Made by a program: the position numbers and the translations under genes. Below, in pieces: positions 36,829-48,279 of a stretch of DNA of 64,000 nt (its first letter is position 1; each line of letters begins with the position of its first letter). The DNA is from Candidatus Babeliales bacterium (GTDB lineage: Bacteria; Babelota; Babeliae; Babelales; Vermiphilaceae): NCBI GenBank assembly GCA_963743635.1, contig CAVUQO010000003.1, forward strand, positions 256,001-320,000, given 5' to 3'. Below the pieces are notes generated by a model. It saw only the letters and a list, made by a program, of their open reading frames with translations. It searched no databases and was not told the DNA's origin.

Positions 36829-37119
36829 ATGACTAAAAAAATTAAATTAAAGATCAGTCATCGATTACTGAAAAAAAGATTTCGCAAGCAAACCTCAACT
36901 GGTGTAAAACATTGCCGTTTTACGAATAATCCAGAGATGGTTGCGAAGCTTGATTATAAGAACGTTGATTTCCTTAAGAGTTTCTTGACTGAGCGTGGTA
37001 AAATTTTACCATTGCGCATCTCAGGCAACAGCGCTAAATATCAGCGCATGGTTTCTACGATGATTAAACGTGCACGTATTATGGGCTTATTGCCGTATAC
37101 CTCGTCAGCACGCGTATAA
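36829..37119 (+). CDS. rpsR: 30S ribosomal protein S18
   Basis: [24 protein letters not shown]...QR...IKRAR.MGLLPY. Confidence 0.96.
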   Translation: MTKKIKLKISHRLLKKRFRKQTSTGVKHCRFTNNPEMVAKLDYKNVDFLKSFLTERGKILPLRISGNSAKYQRMVSTMIKRARIMGLLPYTSSARV

Positions 37120-37125
37120 ATGACT

Positions 37126-37187
37126 GCCTGCCCGGCGTAGCAAAACACTTCCTGAGGTGAAACTTCGGAGTATTAGCGTAGCCTGGG
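37126..37187. repeat. Family II repeat with expanded loop
   Basis: GCCTGCCCGGCGTAGC...GCGTAGCCTGG. Confidence 0.6.
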
Positions 37188-37224
37188 TCTGCACGAGTGT
37201 AATTGATCGATCTGAAAAGATATG

Positions 37225-37252
37225 GGCCGCAGGTAAAATCTGCGGCCTTTTT
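37225..37252 (+). terminator. Rho-independent terminator of rpsF-rpsR
   Basis: GGCCGCAG...CTGCGGCC followed by TTTTT. Confidence 0.75.
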
Positions 37253-37412
37253 AATATAAATGTAAGAGTTTGCTCTAGCTTAGTGCGGGTAAGATGTCAT
37301 TTAAGGCATGGGTAGTTACCATTGGACATTTTGCCGAAAGCTTGTTACAATTAGAATAACGTATACCCATGGACCATGGGGCATCTCAATAACCTCAAAA
37401 TTGGTATGATAA

Positions 37413-39212
37413 ATGGAAAAAAAGCAAAGATTAAATCTTCGAAATATAGCTATTATTGCACACGTTGACCATGGTAAAACAACCCTCGTTGACAAATTGC
37501 TCAGAGAGTCTGGCACCCTAGCGGCAGCTGAACAAACTGATCGTGTTATGGACTCCAACCAATTGGAAAAAGAACGTGGGATTACCATTTTGGCTAAGAA
37601 CACCGGTATTGTGTACGGCGATTACAACATTAACATTGTTGATACTCCCGGCCACAGTGATTTTGGTGGCGAAGTTGAACGTACGCTGCAAATGGTTGAA
37701 GGTTTCTTGCTCTTGGTAGACGCAGCGGAAGGTGTGCTTCCTGGTACACGTTTCGTACTTAAAAAAGCGCTCCAACTTCATTTAAAGCCAATCGTTTTGA
37801 TCAATAAAATCGATCGTAAAGATGCTGATATTGAACGCACTGAAGCAGCAATTCACGATCTTTTCTTAGAAGTAGCCGTTGATGCTGATCAGCTTGAATT
37901 CCCGGTTTTATACGGTTCATCACGAAACGGTTATGCATCAACTAATCCAGAGCTGCGCGAAGGTAATATGGATCCGCTTTTCAAAGCGATCATCGATTAT
38001 ATTCCTGCGCCAACTGAAGAAGTAGATGGCTTGCAATTTTTAGTAACTACCCTTGATTATTCAGAATATCTTGGTGCATTGGCAATTGGTCGTGTTTTTA
38101 GTGGTAATGTTAAACTTGGTGATCAAGTTATTTGCTGCAAAGATGGCGTTATCGGCAAGCCGACTAAAGTTACCAAAATGTATAAATTCCTCGGCGTTAA
38201 TCGCATTGAAGCGACTGAAGCAGAATTTGGCGACATCATTGCGATGGCTGGATTTACCGATCCACTTTCAATTGGTACTACGATTTGCCATCCTGATAAG
38301 CCGTTACCGCATTCTTATGTAAAAGTAGACGAACCAACCGTTACTATGTATTTCTCCGTGAACGATTCTCCATTCAATGGCCGTGATGGTAAGTTGTTGA
38401 CCTCTCGTCAAATCAAAGAACGTCTTGAAAAAGAATTAAAAACCAACGTTGCGTTGCGCGTTGAACCAACTGAATCTCCTGATGTGTTCAAAGTTTCTGG
38501 CCGTGGCCAATTACACCTTGGTGTGTTGATTGAAAACATGCGCCGTGAAGGATTTGAACTGCAAGTTTCAGCGCCACAAGTTATTTATAAGACCATTGAT
38601 GGTGTTAAATGCGAACCGATCGAATACTTAGTAGTCGACGTTCCCTTGAACTATCAAGGCGTTGTGATGGAAACGCTGGGTACCCGCAAAGCCGAAATGA
38701 AAGCGATGCATCCGTATGATGAACGCATTCGTATCGAATTTGAAGTGCCATCTCGCGCATTGCTTGGATTCCGTAACCAGTTCTTAACTGATACGCGCGG
38801 AACCGGTATTGCGACTTTCAGTTTCCACAGCTATCAACCATACAAGGGTGATATTCCGACTCGCAGCAAAGGTGCTATCGTTTCTATGGAAACAGGTACA
38901 GTAACCGGCTATGCATTGGATACCTTGCAAGCACGTGGCATCCTCTTTGTTAAGCCAACAGATAAGGTTTATGAAGGCATGATCATTGGTGAAAGTAGCC
39001 GTGATGATGATATGGATGTGAATCCATGTAAGGAAAAGAAGTTGACCAACATGCGTGCATCAGGCACAGACGACGCGATTAAACTTGCGCCACCACGCGT
39101 TATGGAGCTTGAAACTTGTATGGAATGGATCCGTCCGGATGAGTTGATGGAAGTAACGCCACACCACATTCGTTTGCGCAAGAAAGTGCTTAAAGCTAAT
39201 ATGCGTAAATAA
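37413..39212 (+). CDS. typA: Translational GTPase TypA/BipA
   Basis: [28 protein letters not shown] and [10 protein letters not shown] motifs. Confidence 0.97.
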   Translation: MEKKQRLNLRNIAIIAHVDHGKTTLVDKLLRESGTLAAAEQTDRVMDSNQLEKERGITILAKNTGIVYGDYNINIVDTPGHSDFGGEVERTLQMVEGFLLLVDAAEGVLPGTRFVLKKALQLHLKPIVLINKIDRKDADIERTEAAIHDLFLEVAVDADQLEFPVLYGSSRNGYASTNPELREGNMDPLFKAIIDYIPAPTEEVDGLQFLVTTLDYSEYLGALAIGRVFSGNVKLGDQVICCKDGVIGKPTKVTKMYKFLGVNRIEATEAEFGDIIAMAGFTDPLSIGTTICHPDKPLPHSYVKVDEPTVTMYFSVNDSPFNGRDGKLLTSRQIKERLEKELKTNVALRVEPTESPDVFKVSGRGQLHLGVLIENMRREGFELQVSAPQVIYKTIDGVKCEPIEYLVVDVPLNYQGVVMETLGTRKAEMKAMHPYDERIRIEFEVPSRALLGFRNQFLTDTRGTGIATFSFHSYQPYKGDIPTRSKGAIVSMETGTVTGYALDTLQARGILFVKPTDKVYEGMIIGESSRDDDMDVNPCKEKKLTNMRASGTDDAIKLAPPRVMELETCMEWIRPDELMEVTPHHIRLRKKVLKANMRK

Positions 39213-39232
39213 CGCAAACAATATACAAAAGG

Positions 39233-39262
39233 AAGCCGTTCACGAAAGTGAGCGGCTTTTTT
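39233..39262 (+). terminator. Rho-independent terminator
   Basis: AAGCCGTTCAC-GAAA-GTGAGCGGCTT followed by Ts. Confidence 0.75.
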
Positions 39263-39275
39263 AGTGAGGATTTTT

Positions 39276-40337
39276 ATGCAAAAGCTGAATATATACACTG
39301 CATTATTGGTTTCGCTTTTTACACTGAACGCAACCGCAATGGAGGAAATGATAGCCCATACTCAATGGCAGTTGGCGGAAGAAAAAAGAGGCGAACTCAA
39401 GGTTTTTTTCATTCAGATTCCAAAAGCAGAAAATGATCTAAGAATCCACTCTGCTAATCATGATGATTCTTTATATCATGAAAAGGTATATCGCGATGAA
39501 AAGGTATATCGCGCATTTAAAGATTTGATCGCTGTAAAGCATGCAAAGAATGATTCTTACATGGTGGCTCGGACGATGGAACGAACAGAAGGTGGGGCTG
39601 TAGTAGAGCTATATTTTGATGCACATGAATTAAATAAGGCCCTATTTGGGCAATATCCATCATTTTCAGTGCAGAACCTCAATGAATTATGGAAATATAA
39701 AAATCCAGTCTCAAATTTGCCATTGCGATGGCTGGAGTATTATGAATGCGAGCCTCAAGAAAAAGTTTTTAAATTTGTGTGCGAATTTGAATCACAATTT
39801 TGTGCAGTATTATGCAGTCAGGCAGAATTACGTAGTAAGAATAATAAGCCTAACTTTTGGCATTATAAGTTCTATGCGAATCAGGATGATGATTTGCAGC
39901 TTGCGGCGAGCGCAAAGAATAATCTTGGCGTTATGTATAAAAATGGACATGGTATAGTATGTGCAGATTTTGCAAGGGCAGTGAAGTTATTTCAGGAAGT
40001 GACAAAGCAGACCTATAATTTGAGGGCTGCGGCGATTGCAAAGTGTAATCTTGGCGTTATGTATTATCATGGACATGGTGTAGAAAAAGATTATGCAAGG
40101 GCAAAGCAGCTATATGAGCAAGTGGCAGCGCAGGAAGATGATTTGGGATCTGCGGCAAGAGCGCAGAATAATCTTGGCGATATGTATCGGCATGGACATG
40201 GTGTAGCGGTAAATTACGTAACGGCAAAGAAATTATATCAGGACGCGGCAAATCAGACGCATGATTTCAGGGTTTTGGCGGCTGCAAAGGATGCTATTGC
40301 GACATTAGAAGAAGTAATGAAAAAGAATGCAGAATAA
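39276..40337 (+). CDS. Secreted Sel1-repeat protein with the shared ARV/HYxDA/NP domain
   Basis: Signal ...ATA-ME; YMVART...YFDAHELN...YKNPVSNLPL; three NLG.MY..GHG Sel1 repeats. Confidence 0.82.
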   Translation: MQKLNIYTALLVSLFTLNATAMEEMIAHTQWQLAEEKRGELKVFFIQIPKAENDLRIHSANHDDSLYHEKVYRDEKVYRAFKDLIAVKHAKNDSYMVARTMERTEGGAVVELYFDAHELNKALFGQYPSFSVQNLNELWKYKNPVSNLPLRWLEYYECEPQEKVFKFVCEFESQFCAVLCSQAELRSKNNKPNFWHYKFYANQDDDLQLAASAKNNLGVMYKNGHGIVCADFARAVKLFQEVTKQTYNLRAAAIAKCNLGVMYYHGHGVEKDYARAKQLYEQVAAQEDDLGSAARAQNNLGDMYRHGHGVAVNYVTAKKLYQDAANQTHDFRVLAAAKDAIATLEEVMKKNAE

Positions 40338-40395
40338 ATACAAAAATAGTCGTAGCCTATTTGGTGAACGGCTTTTTTATGGGGACATGTATATT

Positions 40396-40812
40396 ATGAG
40401 AAGAAATTTAGGGCTCATTCTTGGATTAGTTGCATCATTGTTTTTGGTTGCATCGTCTAGTTGGGCTGCGCAATCGACTGGGGCGTCTGATGGCGATGTT
40501 CGGACGGCTATAGTTTTAATGATTGCTATAGGGATTCCTCTAGGTGTATGGGGATTATTAACATCCTTTGCATTTCCAAAAGGTTCAATCGCCTTACATA
40601 TAATGACTATGATATGGCTTGCTCAATCGCTTTTCTGTGCGGCCTTTATGAGCGCTTGGACGCACAATAATTACAATCTTCCAGTCAGTGAACGACATTG
40701 GGAGGGTGTAAAGATGGGGTTGCTATCTGTTTTTTATCCATCTCCGTTAACGCTCGCAATATTTTTAATTATACTCCTCCTTTATCTTTTGCGGAATGAA
40801 CCCCTCAGATGA
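40396..40812 (+). CDS. Hypothetical membrane protein
   Basis: Signal plus three TM helices; ATGA overlap with truA. Confidence 0.6.
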   Translation: MRRNLGLILGLVASLFLVASSSWAAQSTGASDGDVRTAIVLMIAIGIPLGVWGLLTSFAFPKGSIALHIMTMIWLAQSLFCAAFMSAWTHNNYNLPVSERHWEGVKMGLLSVFYPSPLTLAIFLIILLLYLLRNEPLR

Positions 40813-41573
40813 TTCGTTATAAGTGTGTAGTAGCCTATGATGGCACAGGATACGTCGGTTGGCAGCGCCAATTAGAGCAGCGTACCATTGCGGGAACGTT
40901 GGAATCTGCCTTTCAAAAAGTGTTTGGTCATGAGATCAAAATGCTTGCGGCATCGCGCACTGATGCTGGTGTACATGCACGAGCGCAAGTGGCTGCTTTT
41001 GATACGCATTTAACGATTGATCCGTCTGCAATACTCATTGCATGGAATGGAAAATTGCCGGCGGGCATCACCATTCGTTCAATTGCGGTATGTGAAAATA
41101 CCTTCAATCCGCGTTATCACGTTGCGCAAAAAACCTATCACTATAATTTCTTTCTTGAACCGCCATTGCCCTTTTATGAGCGGTATGGATGGCATGTGCG
41201 TTACCAGGTAGACCTTGAGAAATTGCATGCTTGTTTACAGACTTTTGTGGGCACGCATGATTTCAGTTCTTTTGCCACAGTAGATGGTACCAAAAATCCT
41301 ATTCGTACGATTCATGCGATTGATCTCTCATTTGATCCGGTTAGCCGTATGCATACCATTTCTATCAAGGGCCCATCCTTTTTACGCTTTATGATCAGAC
41401 GTATTGTGGGTGCTTGTATTGATACGGCATCTCGTAAAGAGGTATTGCCTTCACTCTTGGCAGAAAAGCTCGCGGAAAAAAATCCGACGCAGCGCTTATT
41501 TCGTGCGCCTGCGCATGGATTAGTGCTGGATAGTATTGAGTACGTGCCACGCCATAGTGCAAAATCTCAGTGA
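40809..41573 (+). CDS. truA: tRNA pseudouridine(38-40) synthase TruA
   Basis: AYDGT.Y.GWQ.Q, SRTDAGVHA, GTHDFSSF and FLRFMIRRIVG motifs. Confidence 0.96.
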   Translation: MIRYKCVVAYDGTGYVGWQRQLEQRTIAGTLESAFQKVFGHEIKMLAASRTDAGVHARAQVAAFDTHLTIDPSAILIAWNGKLPAGITIRSIAVCENTFNPRYHVAQKTYHYNFFLEPPLPFYERYGWHVRYQVDLEKLHACLQTFVGTHDFSSFATVDGTKNPIRTIHAIDLSFDPVSRMHTISIKGPSFLRFMIRRIVGACIDTASRKEVLPSLLAEKLAEKNPTQRLFRAPAHGLVLDSIEYVPRHSAKSQ

Positions 41574-41703
41574 GCTTAGAGCGGCGGGTAAAAAAAAGCA
41601 GATAATTAAGGCTTTCCGAGCAAACAAGTTATACATCTACACAAGATTCGGTAAACTTGATACAACTATCCTATAATTCAATCAATAATCTAAGGTCATT
41701 ATC

Positions 41704-42285
41704 ATGATACAAAAACAACGTTCTTTGTTATCAAAATTGTTGCTCGTCACCGCGCTTTCAGCGGCAACCTTTGGCGGTATTTACTATTACCGCACCAATT
41801 ATTCAAATGTCGTGGCTCAACCATTAATTTCCGATTATAAGCCAGCGCGTGACAGAGCCGATATTATTGCAGTATTTAATTCAGAGGACCTTTATTGGCT
41901 GAGTGCAAGTGATTATTATAATGCGGCATTTATGCTTGATAATCATGCGCCAAATGATCGCGATATGCGCTATTTTGGTGCATTGCAAATTAAGGTATTG
42001 CGCGAGGGTAATGAGTTTATTGGATTTACCGCCTACTATAAAAAGACGGCGAATGAGGGAATGATACTCTTTGTCTATGTTAAGCCTGAAATGCGCGGTA
42101 AGCGATACGCTCAAAAGCTGGTGGAATATGATCTAGAAGCGTTACGCGCTATGGGCGTGCATATCGTCAAACTCTTGACCCGCACGAGCAATCATAGAGC
42201 ACAAGCAGTCTATAATCGTTTGGGCTTCACCGTTACCAGCATTGATGAAGAAGGTGGATTTGTATACTACATGAAGATCGTCTAA
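41704..42285 (+). CDS. GNAT family acetyltransferase with N-terminal membrane anchor
   Basis: VKPEMRGKRYA and N.RAQAVYNRLGF motifs. Confidence 0.82.
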   Translation: MIQKQRSLLSKLLLVTALSAATFGGIYYYRTNYSNVVAQPLISDYKPARDRADIIAVFNSEDLYWLSASDYYNAAFMLDNHAPNDRDMRYFGALQIKVLREGNEFIGFTAYYKKTANEGMILFVYVKPEMRGKRYAQKLVEYDLEALRAMGVHIVKLLTRTSNHRAQAVYNRLGFTVTSIDEEGGFVYYMKIV

Positions 42286-42866
42286 TACTCTTTCTCGCCT
42301 GAGCATTTCCCCCATCTGTGGCATAGAAAGTGTCTTACATTTTGACACGCTTGTTCTGATACACCATCCGATCGAGCGATATTGAACAACTGCTCAATGC
42401 TGCTATGGTAAGCAGCGATCTTTTGGTTTAACGTATTCTTATTTGCATCCGTTTTTCTGCGCTGTAGCTCTCGTATAATTTCACCATGCAGAAAAATAAT
42501 ATCAACAACTTTTTCTTGAGGCGTTAAGCCTGTTTGTTTGTGGACGATGGAGACAATCGCAAGATTTGCGGTAAATATGCTGGACTGTAATATTTGGGGA
42601 TTGTTGTTGAGAAAGTTTTCAAATCTATAAGGATTAAAGAGAATTCTTTGGGGCTCTGCATCGAGTGATGCCATTAAAATTTCTGTACGCTGATTTTTTA
42701 CTAAAGCGTTCTTATATTGCGCTTTTTTTTGCAGGTATTCGCTATGAATATCTGCAGTGGTTTCGTTTGGATCAATCTTATAGGCTTTGAGCATCCCAAA
42801 AGCATTGTGTCCTGAAAATAAGAATACGCTCAGCAATAAAGAGGAAATAGGGTAGGCGTGGCTCAT
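42282..42866 (-). CDS. Hypothetical secreted protein
   Basis: Leader ...HNAFG-ML; weak similarity to 42895-43527 (P..FE.FL..NP.I....F.AN). Confidence 0.65.
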   Translation of the reverse strand: MSHAYPISSLLLSVFLFSGHNAFGMLKAYKIDPNETTADIHSEYLQKKAQYKNALVKNQRTEILMASLDAEPQRILFNPYRFENFLNNNPQILQSSIFTANLAIVSIVHKQTGLTPQEKVVDIIFLHGEIIRELQRRKTDANKNTLNQKIAAYHSSIEQLFNIARSDGVSEQACQNVRHFLCHRWGKCSGEKEY

Positions 42867-42894
42867 GTACGTCCTTTTCCGTAAGTTATGAGGA

Positions 42895-43527
42895 TTAGAA
42901 GTTGCCAAAAGGTGATGCGGCATAGAATGCTATACAGGTACACTCATTCCAGCGGTGACGGGCAGTATGCAGCGCAGTGTTGAGAGCTTCTCGATCATTG
43001 TTGTCATAAGCCTTATGGTATTCTTCCTTCGCCAAGCGCTTTAATGCCGGAATATTCGCATATATCATCTTGGGATTTTGTACCCTTTTACATTTTAGAA
43101 GTTGGCGTGCGGTTTCGCAGTAGATTGTTGCTCGTTGAAGATGTTTAAATTGTTCAGAGGGAGTTTCTGAGATTGTCTGGCCTTCATGGTTGCGTATCTT
43201 AATCTGATTCTCAATGCGATATATCATCCTTGAATTAGCCATGAATAATGCTTGCCAAGGAATTGTAGGGTTGTAGTACAAATATTTTTCATAGTTTGGG
43301 GCGTCAAAGTATGTTTTGCCTTGTGGCGTTTGTTGCAATGCTGCACTGGAAATTTTTTGGGCATAACTATTTATTTCAGAATACTCACGGCAGACCGCTT
43401 GAAGTCTTGCGTCTCTCTTGAAAGCCGTGTCATACGTTGCCTTTAGCGATGATGACATGCCGAATGTGGCGTGATTCCAAAGGGTTAGCAGGACTAACAT
43501 TGGGATATGCAAACGGGTTATTTTCAT
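42895..43527 (-). CDS. Hypothetical secreted protein
   Basis: Leader ...HATFG-MS; likely distant paralog of 42282-42866. Confidence 0.65.
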   Translation of the reverse strand: MKITRLHIPMLVLLTLWNHATFGMSSSLKATYDTAFKRDARLQAVCREYSEINSYAQKISSAALQQTPQGKTYFDAPNYEKYLYYNPTIPWQALFMANSRMIYRIENQIKIRNHEGQTISETPSEQFKHLQRATIYCETARQLLKCKRVQNPKMIYANIPALKRLAKEEYHKAYDNNDREALNTALHTARHRWNECTCIAFYAASPFGNF

Positions 43528-43619
43528 GGTTTTTGAAATTCCTATTGTAATAACATTGTGAAATATCCATTATTATAAGCATTTTTTGGTGCTTTCACAA
43601 ATTTTATACATGTAGGGTT

Positions 43620-45137
43620 TTACTGCATAACCTCAGGAACGGGTAGATTGAGTTGCCTCAATATGAATGGTGCGATATCCGATAATGATTTCAGCGGGAG
43701 GTTTTTGGGTGGGTTTTTGGATAATACGATGAAGGGGACCGGATTGGTGGTATGAGATGTTTTGGGTTCTTTCGTGATGAGATCACACATCAATTCAGCA
43801 TCTCCATGATCCGCGGTGATATAGATTGTGCCGTTCATCGTAATCACGAGTTGTTCATAGAGCCGTGCAAGTTCGTGATCGAGTGTTTCAATGGCTTTGA
43901 TTGCTGCGGGTAGATTGCCTGAATGACCAACCATATCTGCGTTCGCGTAATTGATGAGGTATACATCGCATGGATCATGTGTGAGTGATGCAAGTACCTG
44001 ATCAGTGATTGCATGGGCGGACATCTCTGGATGCTCGATATAATTGCGTACATGAAGCGAAGGAATGAGTGTTTGAGTTTCGGTATCATATGGTTTTTCA
44101 CGGCCACCCTTGAAAAAATAAGTGACGTGCGCATATTTTTCTGTTTCTGCGATTGCAAAAAGCGTTTTATGCTGCGCGTGTAAAACATCGGCAAAGGTGT
44201 CTTTTAAGGGGCCATTATGGGGAAGTAATGTCTTGGTTGGTAGATCGGCGGCGTATGAAACCGGCGTGAAGAACCAGAGCGGTTGAAAGGAAGTTTTGAA
44301 AGGCTTGAAATCATGTGTGATGAATGCAGCGGTAATTTGACGTGAGCGATCAGGCCTAAAGTTGGCGCAGATAACCGCATCGCCGGGGCGAATGACGGCA
44401 TCGCGATCAATCAGTGAAGGAGGCATATATTCGTCAGTTATTCCTTTTGCGTACTGGGCATCGATATAAGATTGCCAGTCCTTGTAGTGTGGCTCTGCAG
44501 GGGTTGTGAGCGCGCGATAGGAAACTTCAGTTCTATCCCAATTTTTGTTGCGATCCATGGCATAAAATCTGCCATGCAGCGAGCCTAGAGCGCCGGCATC
44601 AATGCTTGCACGTGCGTCATCAAGTGCAGTTAAGTATTCGCGCGCCGATTCGGGCGGAGCGTCGCGTCCATCGAGAAAGGGATGAATGAAGATATGAGAG
44701 ATCTCGTGCTCATGGGCGGCTTTGAGGTAAGCAAAGATGTGTTTTGTCAGGCAATGGACGCCTGCATCTGAGAGTAGGCCCATAATGTGTAGTCTATTTG
44801 AGCCTTTCCTTACTTGCTCAAGGCAGCTGGTGAGCGTGGGGTTGGTGAAAAACGTCCCATCATCGATTGCCTCATTAATGCGCGTGACGGCCTGCTTAAT
44901 CACCCGTCCAGCCCCAATAGTCATATGCCCAACCTCAGAATTTCCCATATAACCTTCGGGGAGGCCAACGGCCGGCCCAGATGCCTGCAGCAAGGTGTGG
45001 GGGTAATGGGCTAACCATTGATTCAAATGCGGGGTATTGGCTTGCGCTATGGCATTACATTCCCGGTCTTTTCGGTAACCAAAACCATCAAGAATAACGA
45101 GTGCGATGGGTGCCTTGTTGACTTGTTTTCCAGCCAT
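43620..45137 (-). CDS. gpmI: 2,3-bisphosphoglycerate-independent phosphoglycerate mutase
   Basis: LDGFG, MGNSEVGH, AETEKYAHVTYF, DMVGHSG and TADHG motifs. Confidence 0.96.
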   Translation of the reverse strand: MAGKQVNKAPIALVILDGFGYRKDRECNAIAQANTPHLNQWLAHYPHTLLQASGPAVGLPEGYMGNSEVGHMTIGAGRVIKQAVTRINEAIDDGTFFTNPTLTSCLEQVRKGSNRLHIMGLLSDAGVHCLTKHIFAYLKAAHEHEISHIFIHPFLDGRDAPPESAREYLTALDDARASIDAGALGSLHGRFYAMDRNKNWDRTEVSYRALTTPAEPHYKDWQSYIDAQYAKGITDEYMPPSLIDRDAVIRPGDAVICANFRPDRSRQITAAFITHDFKPFKTSFQPLWFFTPVSYAADLPTKTLLPHNGPLKDTFADVLHAQHKTLFAIAETEKYAHVTYFFKGGREKPYDTETQTLIPSLHVRNYIEHPEMSAHAITDQVLASLTHDPCDVYLINYANADMVGHSGNLPAAIKAIETLDHELARLYEQLVITMNGTIYITADHGDAELMCDLITKEPKTSHTTNPVPFIVLSKNPPKNLPLKSLSDIAPFILRQLNLPVPEVMQ

Positions 45138-45257
45138 AGATCCTCCTTCTGGGGGGCGTACATATACTTTTTCCTTAGTATCTATATACTAAAATGAGGA
45201 AAAAGATATTGGCAGTGCCCTATATGAAGGTCAAAACATACCCGCTGGAGTATAATT

Positions 45258-45659
45258 ATGAAACCTATATTGTTATCATTCGTTTTGTTAGTGAGTAGTT
45301 CAACGCATATTTGTGCGATGGAAACTCGTTCAAAAAAACAAGAAGAAATACAAACATTACGCAATACAATAGACGCCGAGGTGAATGCCGCGCCTGCAGC
45401 TAAGCGGGCAGATGTGCTTGATGGATGGATTAAGACACTTGAGGTAATGGAGCAAAGCGCGAATACCGCATGCCACTATACAAACCTGCGTATTCATTAT
45501 CAAGATCAATTAAAGATGCTCTTTGAAGATATTGGGTATCTAGCAGCAGGACTCAAGACTATCGTTCAAACGGCGCCTCAAGATCGTATGCGGGATGCAA
45601 TGCTTAAAGATGATGCTGCCTTAGTATTGATTGGACTTCCTAAAGAACAACCTAAATAA
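45258..45659 (+). CDS. Hypothetical secreted protein
   Basis: SD GGAG; leader ...ICA-ME. Confidence 0.7.
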   Translation: MKPILLSFVLLVSSSTHICAMETRSKKQEEIQTLRNTIDAEVNAAPAAKRADVLDGWIKTLEVMEQSANTACHYTNLRIHYQDQLKMLFEDIGYLAAGLKTIVQTAPQDRMRDAMLKDDAALVLIGLPKEQPK

Positions 45660-45675
45660 TCAAGGGATTAAAATT

Positions 45676-45999
45676 ATGAAATCAATTATATTATCTATCG
45701 CATTATTGAGTGCACCGGTTGTTATCGCAGAATCACATTTAGAGATGACTGAAATCCAAGAAACTATGACAGAAAAAGTAAGCTTCGATGCGACATCAGC
45801 GCAAGAAGCCCAAGAAATGGATGAATTTGACATATTGATGGATAGCGATGTGCGTTTGGATGATATTGAAGAGCCCAAGCCCGTCTCTCCGTGCGAGGCA
45901 TACCTTAAAGGAATTGGCGTGCATTTATTGATGAAATACATTGCGCTCAGAACATGGATGGGAGAGCAATGGACTGCATGGGCACCATGCAATGCATGA
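45676..45999 (+). CDS. Hypothetical secreted acidic protein
   Basis: MKSIILSIALL signal peptide. Confidence 0.65.
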   Translation: MKSIILSIALLSAPVVIAESHLEMTEIQETMTEKVSFDATSAQEAQEMDEFDILMDSDVRLDDIEEPKPVSPCEAYLKGIGVHLLMKYIALRTWMGEQWTAWAPCNA

Positions 46000-46006
46000 G
46001 AGGACT

Positions 46007-46753
46007 ATGAAATCATCAAATAAACATGAATTTGCGGTATACATACCACAAGTATCTTCAATATCAAAGCATCTTTCGTTAACCGATGCTGACGTAGTAC
46101 ATCGCGTGCGTTCAGTATTACGTCTTTCAAAAGATGATGAATTTATCGTGTTTGACGGACGGCAACATGCGGTCTGTATCATTACCGATATTACAAAAAA
46201 AGCAGTATCAGTACGCATTCTTTCATGCGAGTCCACGCTGATATTGCATCCCACTATCACATTCTTATTGCCATTGCTCAAACGAGAAGCATTTGAGCGT
46301 ATGATATATGCGTGCGTAGAATTGGGAGCAAACGTCATTCAACCAATCAGCACCGAAAAATCACAGCGCTCATGGCGAAGCGAAAAAGAGCTGGAGCGTA
46401 TACACAAGATCATGATCGCGGCAGCAGAGCAATCAAAACAATTTGCAATCCCTGAAATTCATCAGCCATGTTCTTTGCCAGAAGCAATTCAGATGCAGCA
46501 AGAAGGCAATATCAAGATTGTAGCAGACCCGGCAGGTCTACCGTTATATCAACTGTTGACAGAGATCCAACAGAACGTGCAGAATAAGGCAGTTAACAAT
46601 ATTATCATAACGATGGGTCCTGAGGGTGATTTTTCTGAGGTTGAAAAAGAACTTTTGCGCACTGCATCGTACCAATCGGTTAGGCTGACTCCTACCGTGC
46701 TTCGCTCGCAGCAAGCCGGTGCATTATTGCTTGGTGTCATCCGATCAATCTAA
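46007..46753 (+). CDS. rsmE: 16S rRNA m3U1498 methyltransferase RsmE
   Basis: H...VLRL, ELGA, AAEQS, GPEGDFS..E and VLRS motifs. Confidence 0.92.
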   Translation: MKSSNKHEFAVYIPQVSSISKHLSLTDADVVHRVRSVLRLSKDDEFIVFDGRQHAVCIITDITKKAVSVRILSCESTLILHPTITFLLPLLKREAFERMIYACVELGANVIQPISTEKSQRSWRSEKELERIHKIMIAAAEQSKQFAIPEIHQPCSLPEAIQMQQEGNIKIVADPAGLPLYQLLTEIQQNVQNKAVNNIIITMGPEGDFSEVEKELLRTASYQSVRLTPTVLRSQQAGALLLGVIRSI

Positions 46754-46765
46754 AGGTTTTGATCT

Positions 46766-47053
46766 ATGCAGCGATATCTGGTTATTATGGGATTGTGTGT
46801 AGTGGTTGCCTCATGCTATGGCAATGGAAACGAATCCCCTTCATTAGAAATTCAGCCTGCTCAAAAAATTGGTTCATTCGTGTCTCAAGTAGGCAGTGGG
46901 ATTTATGGGTTAGTATTATTAACCGTCTATGCGGTGGGCGATATACCGTTTTATCTAGAGCGCAGCGTATCAGCCCCAGATTTATCCGAACCTTCATATG
47001 AGCGGTATCTTTTGCGCTCATCCAAATCATGGGCTCCTGCAAACAATAAATGA
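46766..47053 (+). CDS. Hypothetical small secreted or lipoprotein
   Basis: Leader ...VVASC. Confidence 0.5.
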   Translation: MQRYLVIMGLCVVVASCYGNGNESPSLEIQPAQKIGSFVSQVGSGIYGLVLLTVYAVGDIPFYLERSVSAPDLSEPSYERYLLRSSKSWAPANNK

Positions 47054-47277
47054 AGCACTTAACGGGTTAAAACCCGTTAGAATGCGCAAATTAATTTAAC
47101 CCAGTCTTCGCTTTTACTTCGAAGTTTTACTCCACGAAGGATTTTGCTTCGTCGGGTTCTATTTGCTTCGAGCCACACGCTAAAGCATGTCGCTTTTCGC
47201 GAAATAGAATAATATTGATTTTTACGAGTTCCTTTCGGTACCCTGAGAAAAACATATGGGGAAAAAAGGAGAACGGA

Positions 47278-48279
47278 ATGATCAAGTATAAAATGTCTGA
47301 CATCGATGTCTTGCTCAGTGGCTTGTTAGTTTTTAGCATTGTGGTCGGTGGGTTGCACCATGTTTCTTTGGCGGCGATCAAAGGCGCCGTTCCTCAAAAG
47401 GCCGAAGCAAAAAAGACCGCATCAGAACAAGAATCCAAAAATCCTTGGGAAGATAGTACACTTGAAGAATTACAAGAGCTTATTCAACCGCTCATTGAAA
47501 GCGAGAGCGTTGAGAAATTGGTTGAGCAAATTGCCGGTCTCACATTGCCAAAGATGATTCCTCTCTTACAGAGCATTTTAGAAAATAAGCAAAAAATGTT
47601 AGATCGTGACGATCGAGTTGAGCTTCTTTTGGGTGTTGCTGCTACCTATAAAAAGTCAGAAGAAAGAAATGCGATCTTAGATTTGATTCTCAATCCAAAA
47701 TTTGCGTATCTCCAAAAAGGTAATCCTCTTATCTACGTGGCCGCAACGAGCAAATATCCTGCAATGATACCAGTGATTAAAGAATGGTATGCAAAAAAGG
47801 TTGCGTCGCAGGCCAATGCTGCGGAGTTGACCGACAATATGGAAAAAAATGCCTTAGAGCAGACGGTTAAAGAAAAAAAACTGAAAGCCCTTGAAGCAAT
47901 GCAACAGAATGGTGTTGCGATGACTCAAGATCGCCAGAGTCTCTTATTGCATGATGCGGTAGATAAGAAAGCGGGCGTCGATATCGTAACATTTCTGCTC
48001 AAAAATGGCGCTGAGGTAAATTCAGCGATAGAGGGTTATACACCGCTTTTAACAGCAGTCAAAAATAGTGATTTAGAGCTGGTAAAACTTCTGGGAGAGA
48101 ACGGCGCAGACGTCAACTTGATAGCGGATAATTCTGTGGGAAATCCATTACAAATGGCTGACAGCATGATTCGCGCGGCGGCAAGCAAGGCGCAGAAAGA
48201 AAAGCGAGATCCAAAAGCTGCAAGTAAGACTGCGGTAGATATTAAAGAATATTTGATCGAAAAGGGCGCTCAGTACTAA
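47278..48279 (+). CDS. Ankyrin-repeat protein with N-terminal signal/anchor
   Basis: LLHDAV...IVTFLLKNGAEVN and GYTPLLTAV...LVKLLGENGADVN. Confidence 0.85.
   Translation: MIKYKMSDIDVLLSGLLVFSIVVGGLHHVSLAAIKGAVPQKAEAKKTASEQESKNPWEDSTLEELQELIQPLIESESVEKLVEQIAGLTLPKMIPLLQSILENKQKMLDRDDRVELLLGVAATYKKSEERNAILDLILNPKFAYLQKGNPLIYVAATSKYPAMIPVIKEWYAKKVASQANAAELTDNMEKNALEQTVKEKKLKALEAMQQNGVAMTQDRQSLLLHDAVDKKAGVDIVTFLLKNGAEVNSAIEGYTPLLTAVKNSDLELVKLLGENGADVNLIADNSVGNPLQMADSMIRAAASKAQKEKRDPKAASKTAVDIKEYLIEKGAQY

Noticed and set aside
47101..47172. Further degenerate family II repeat
   Set aside because: CTTCG-rich and hairpin-like, but lacks the diagnostic ends; not listed as a feature.
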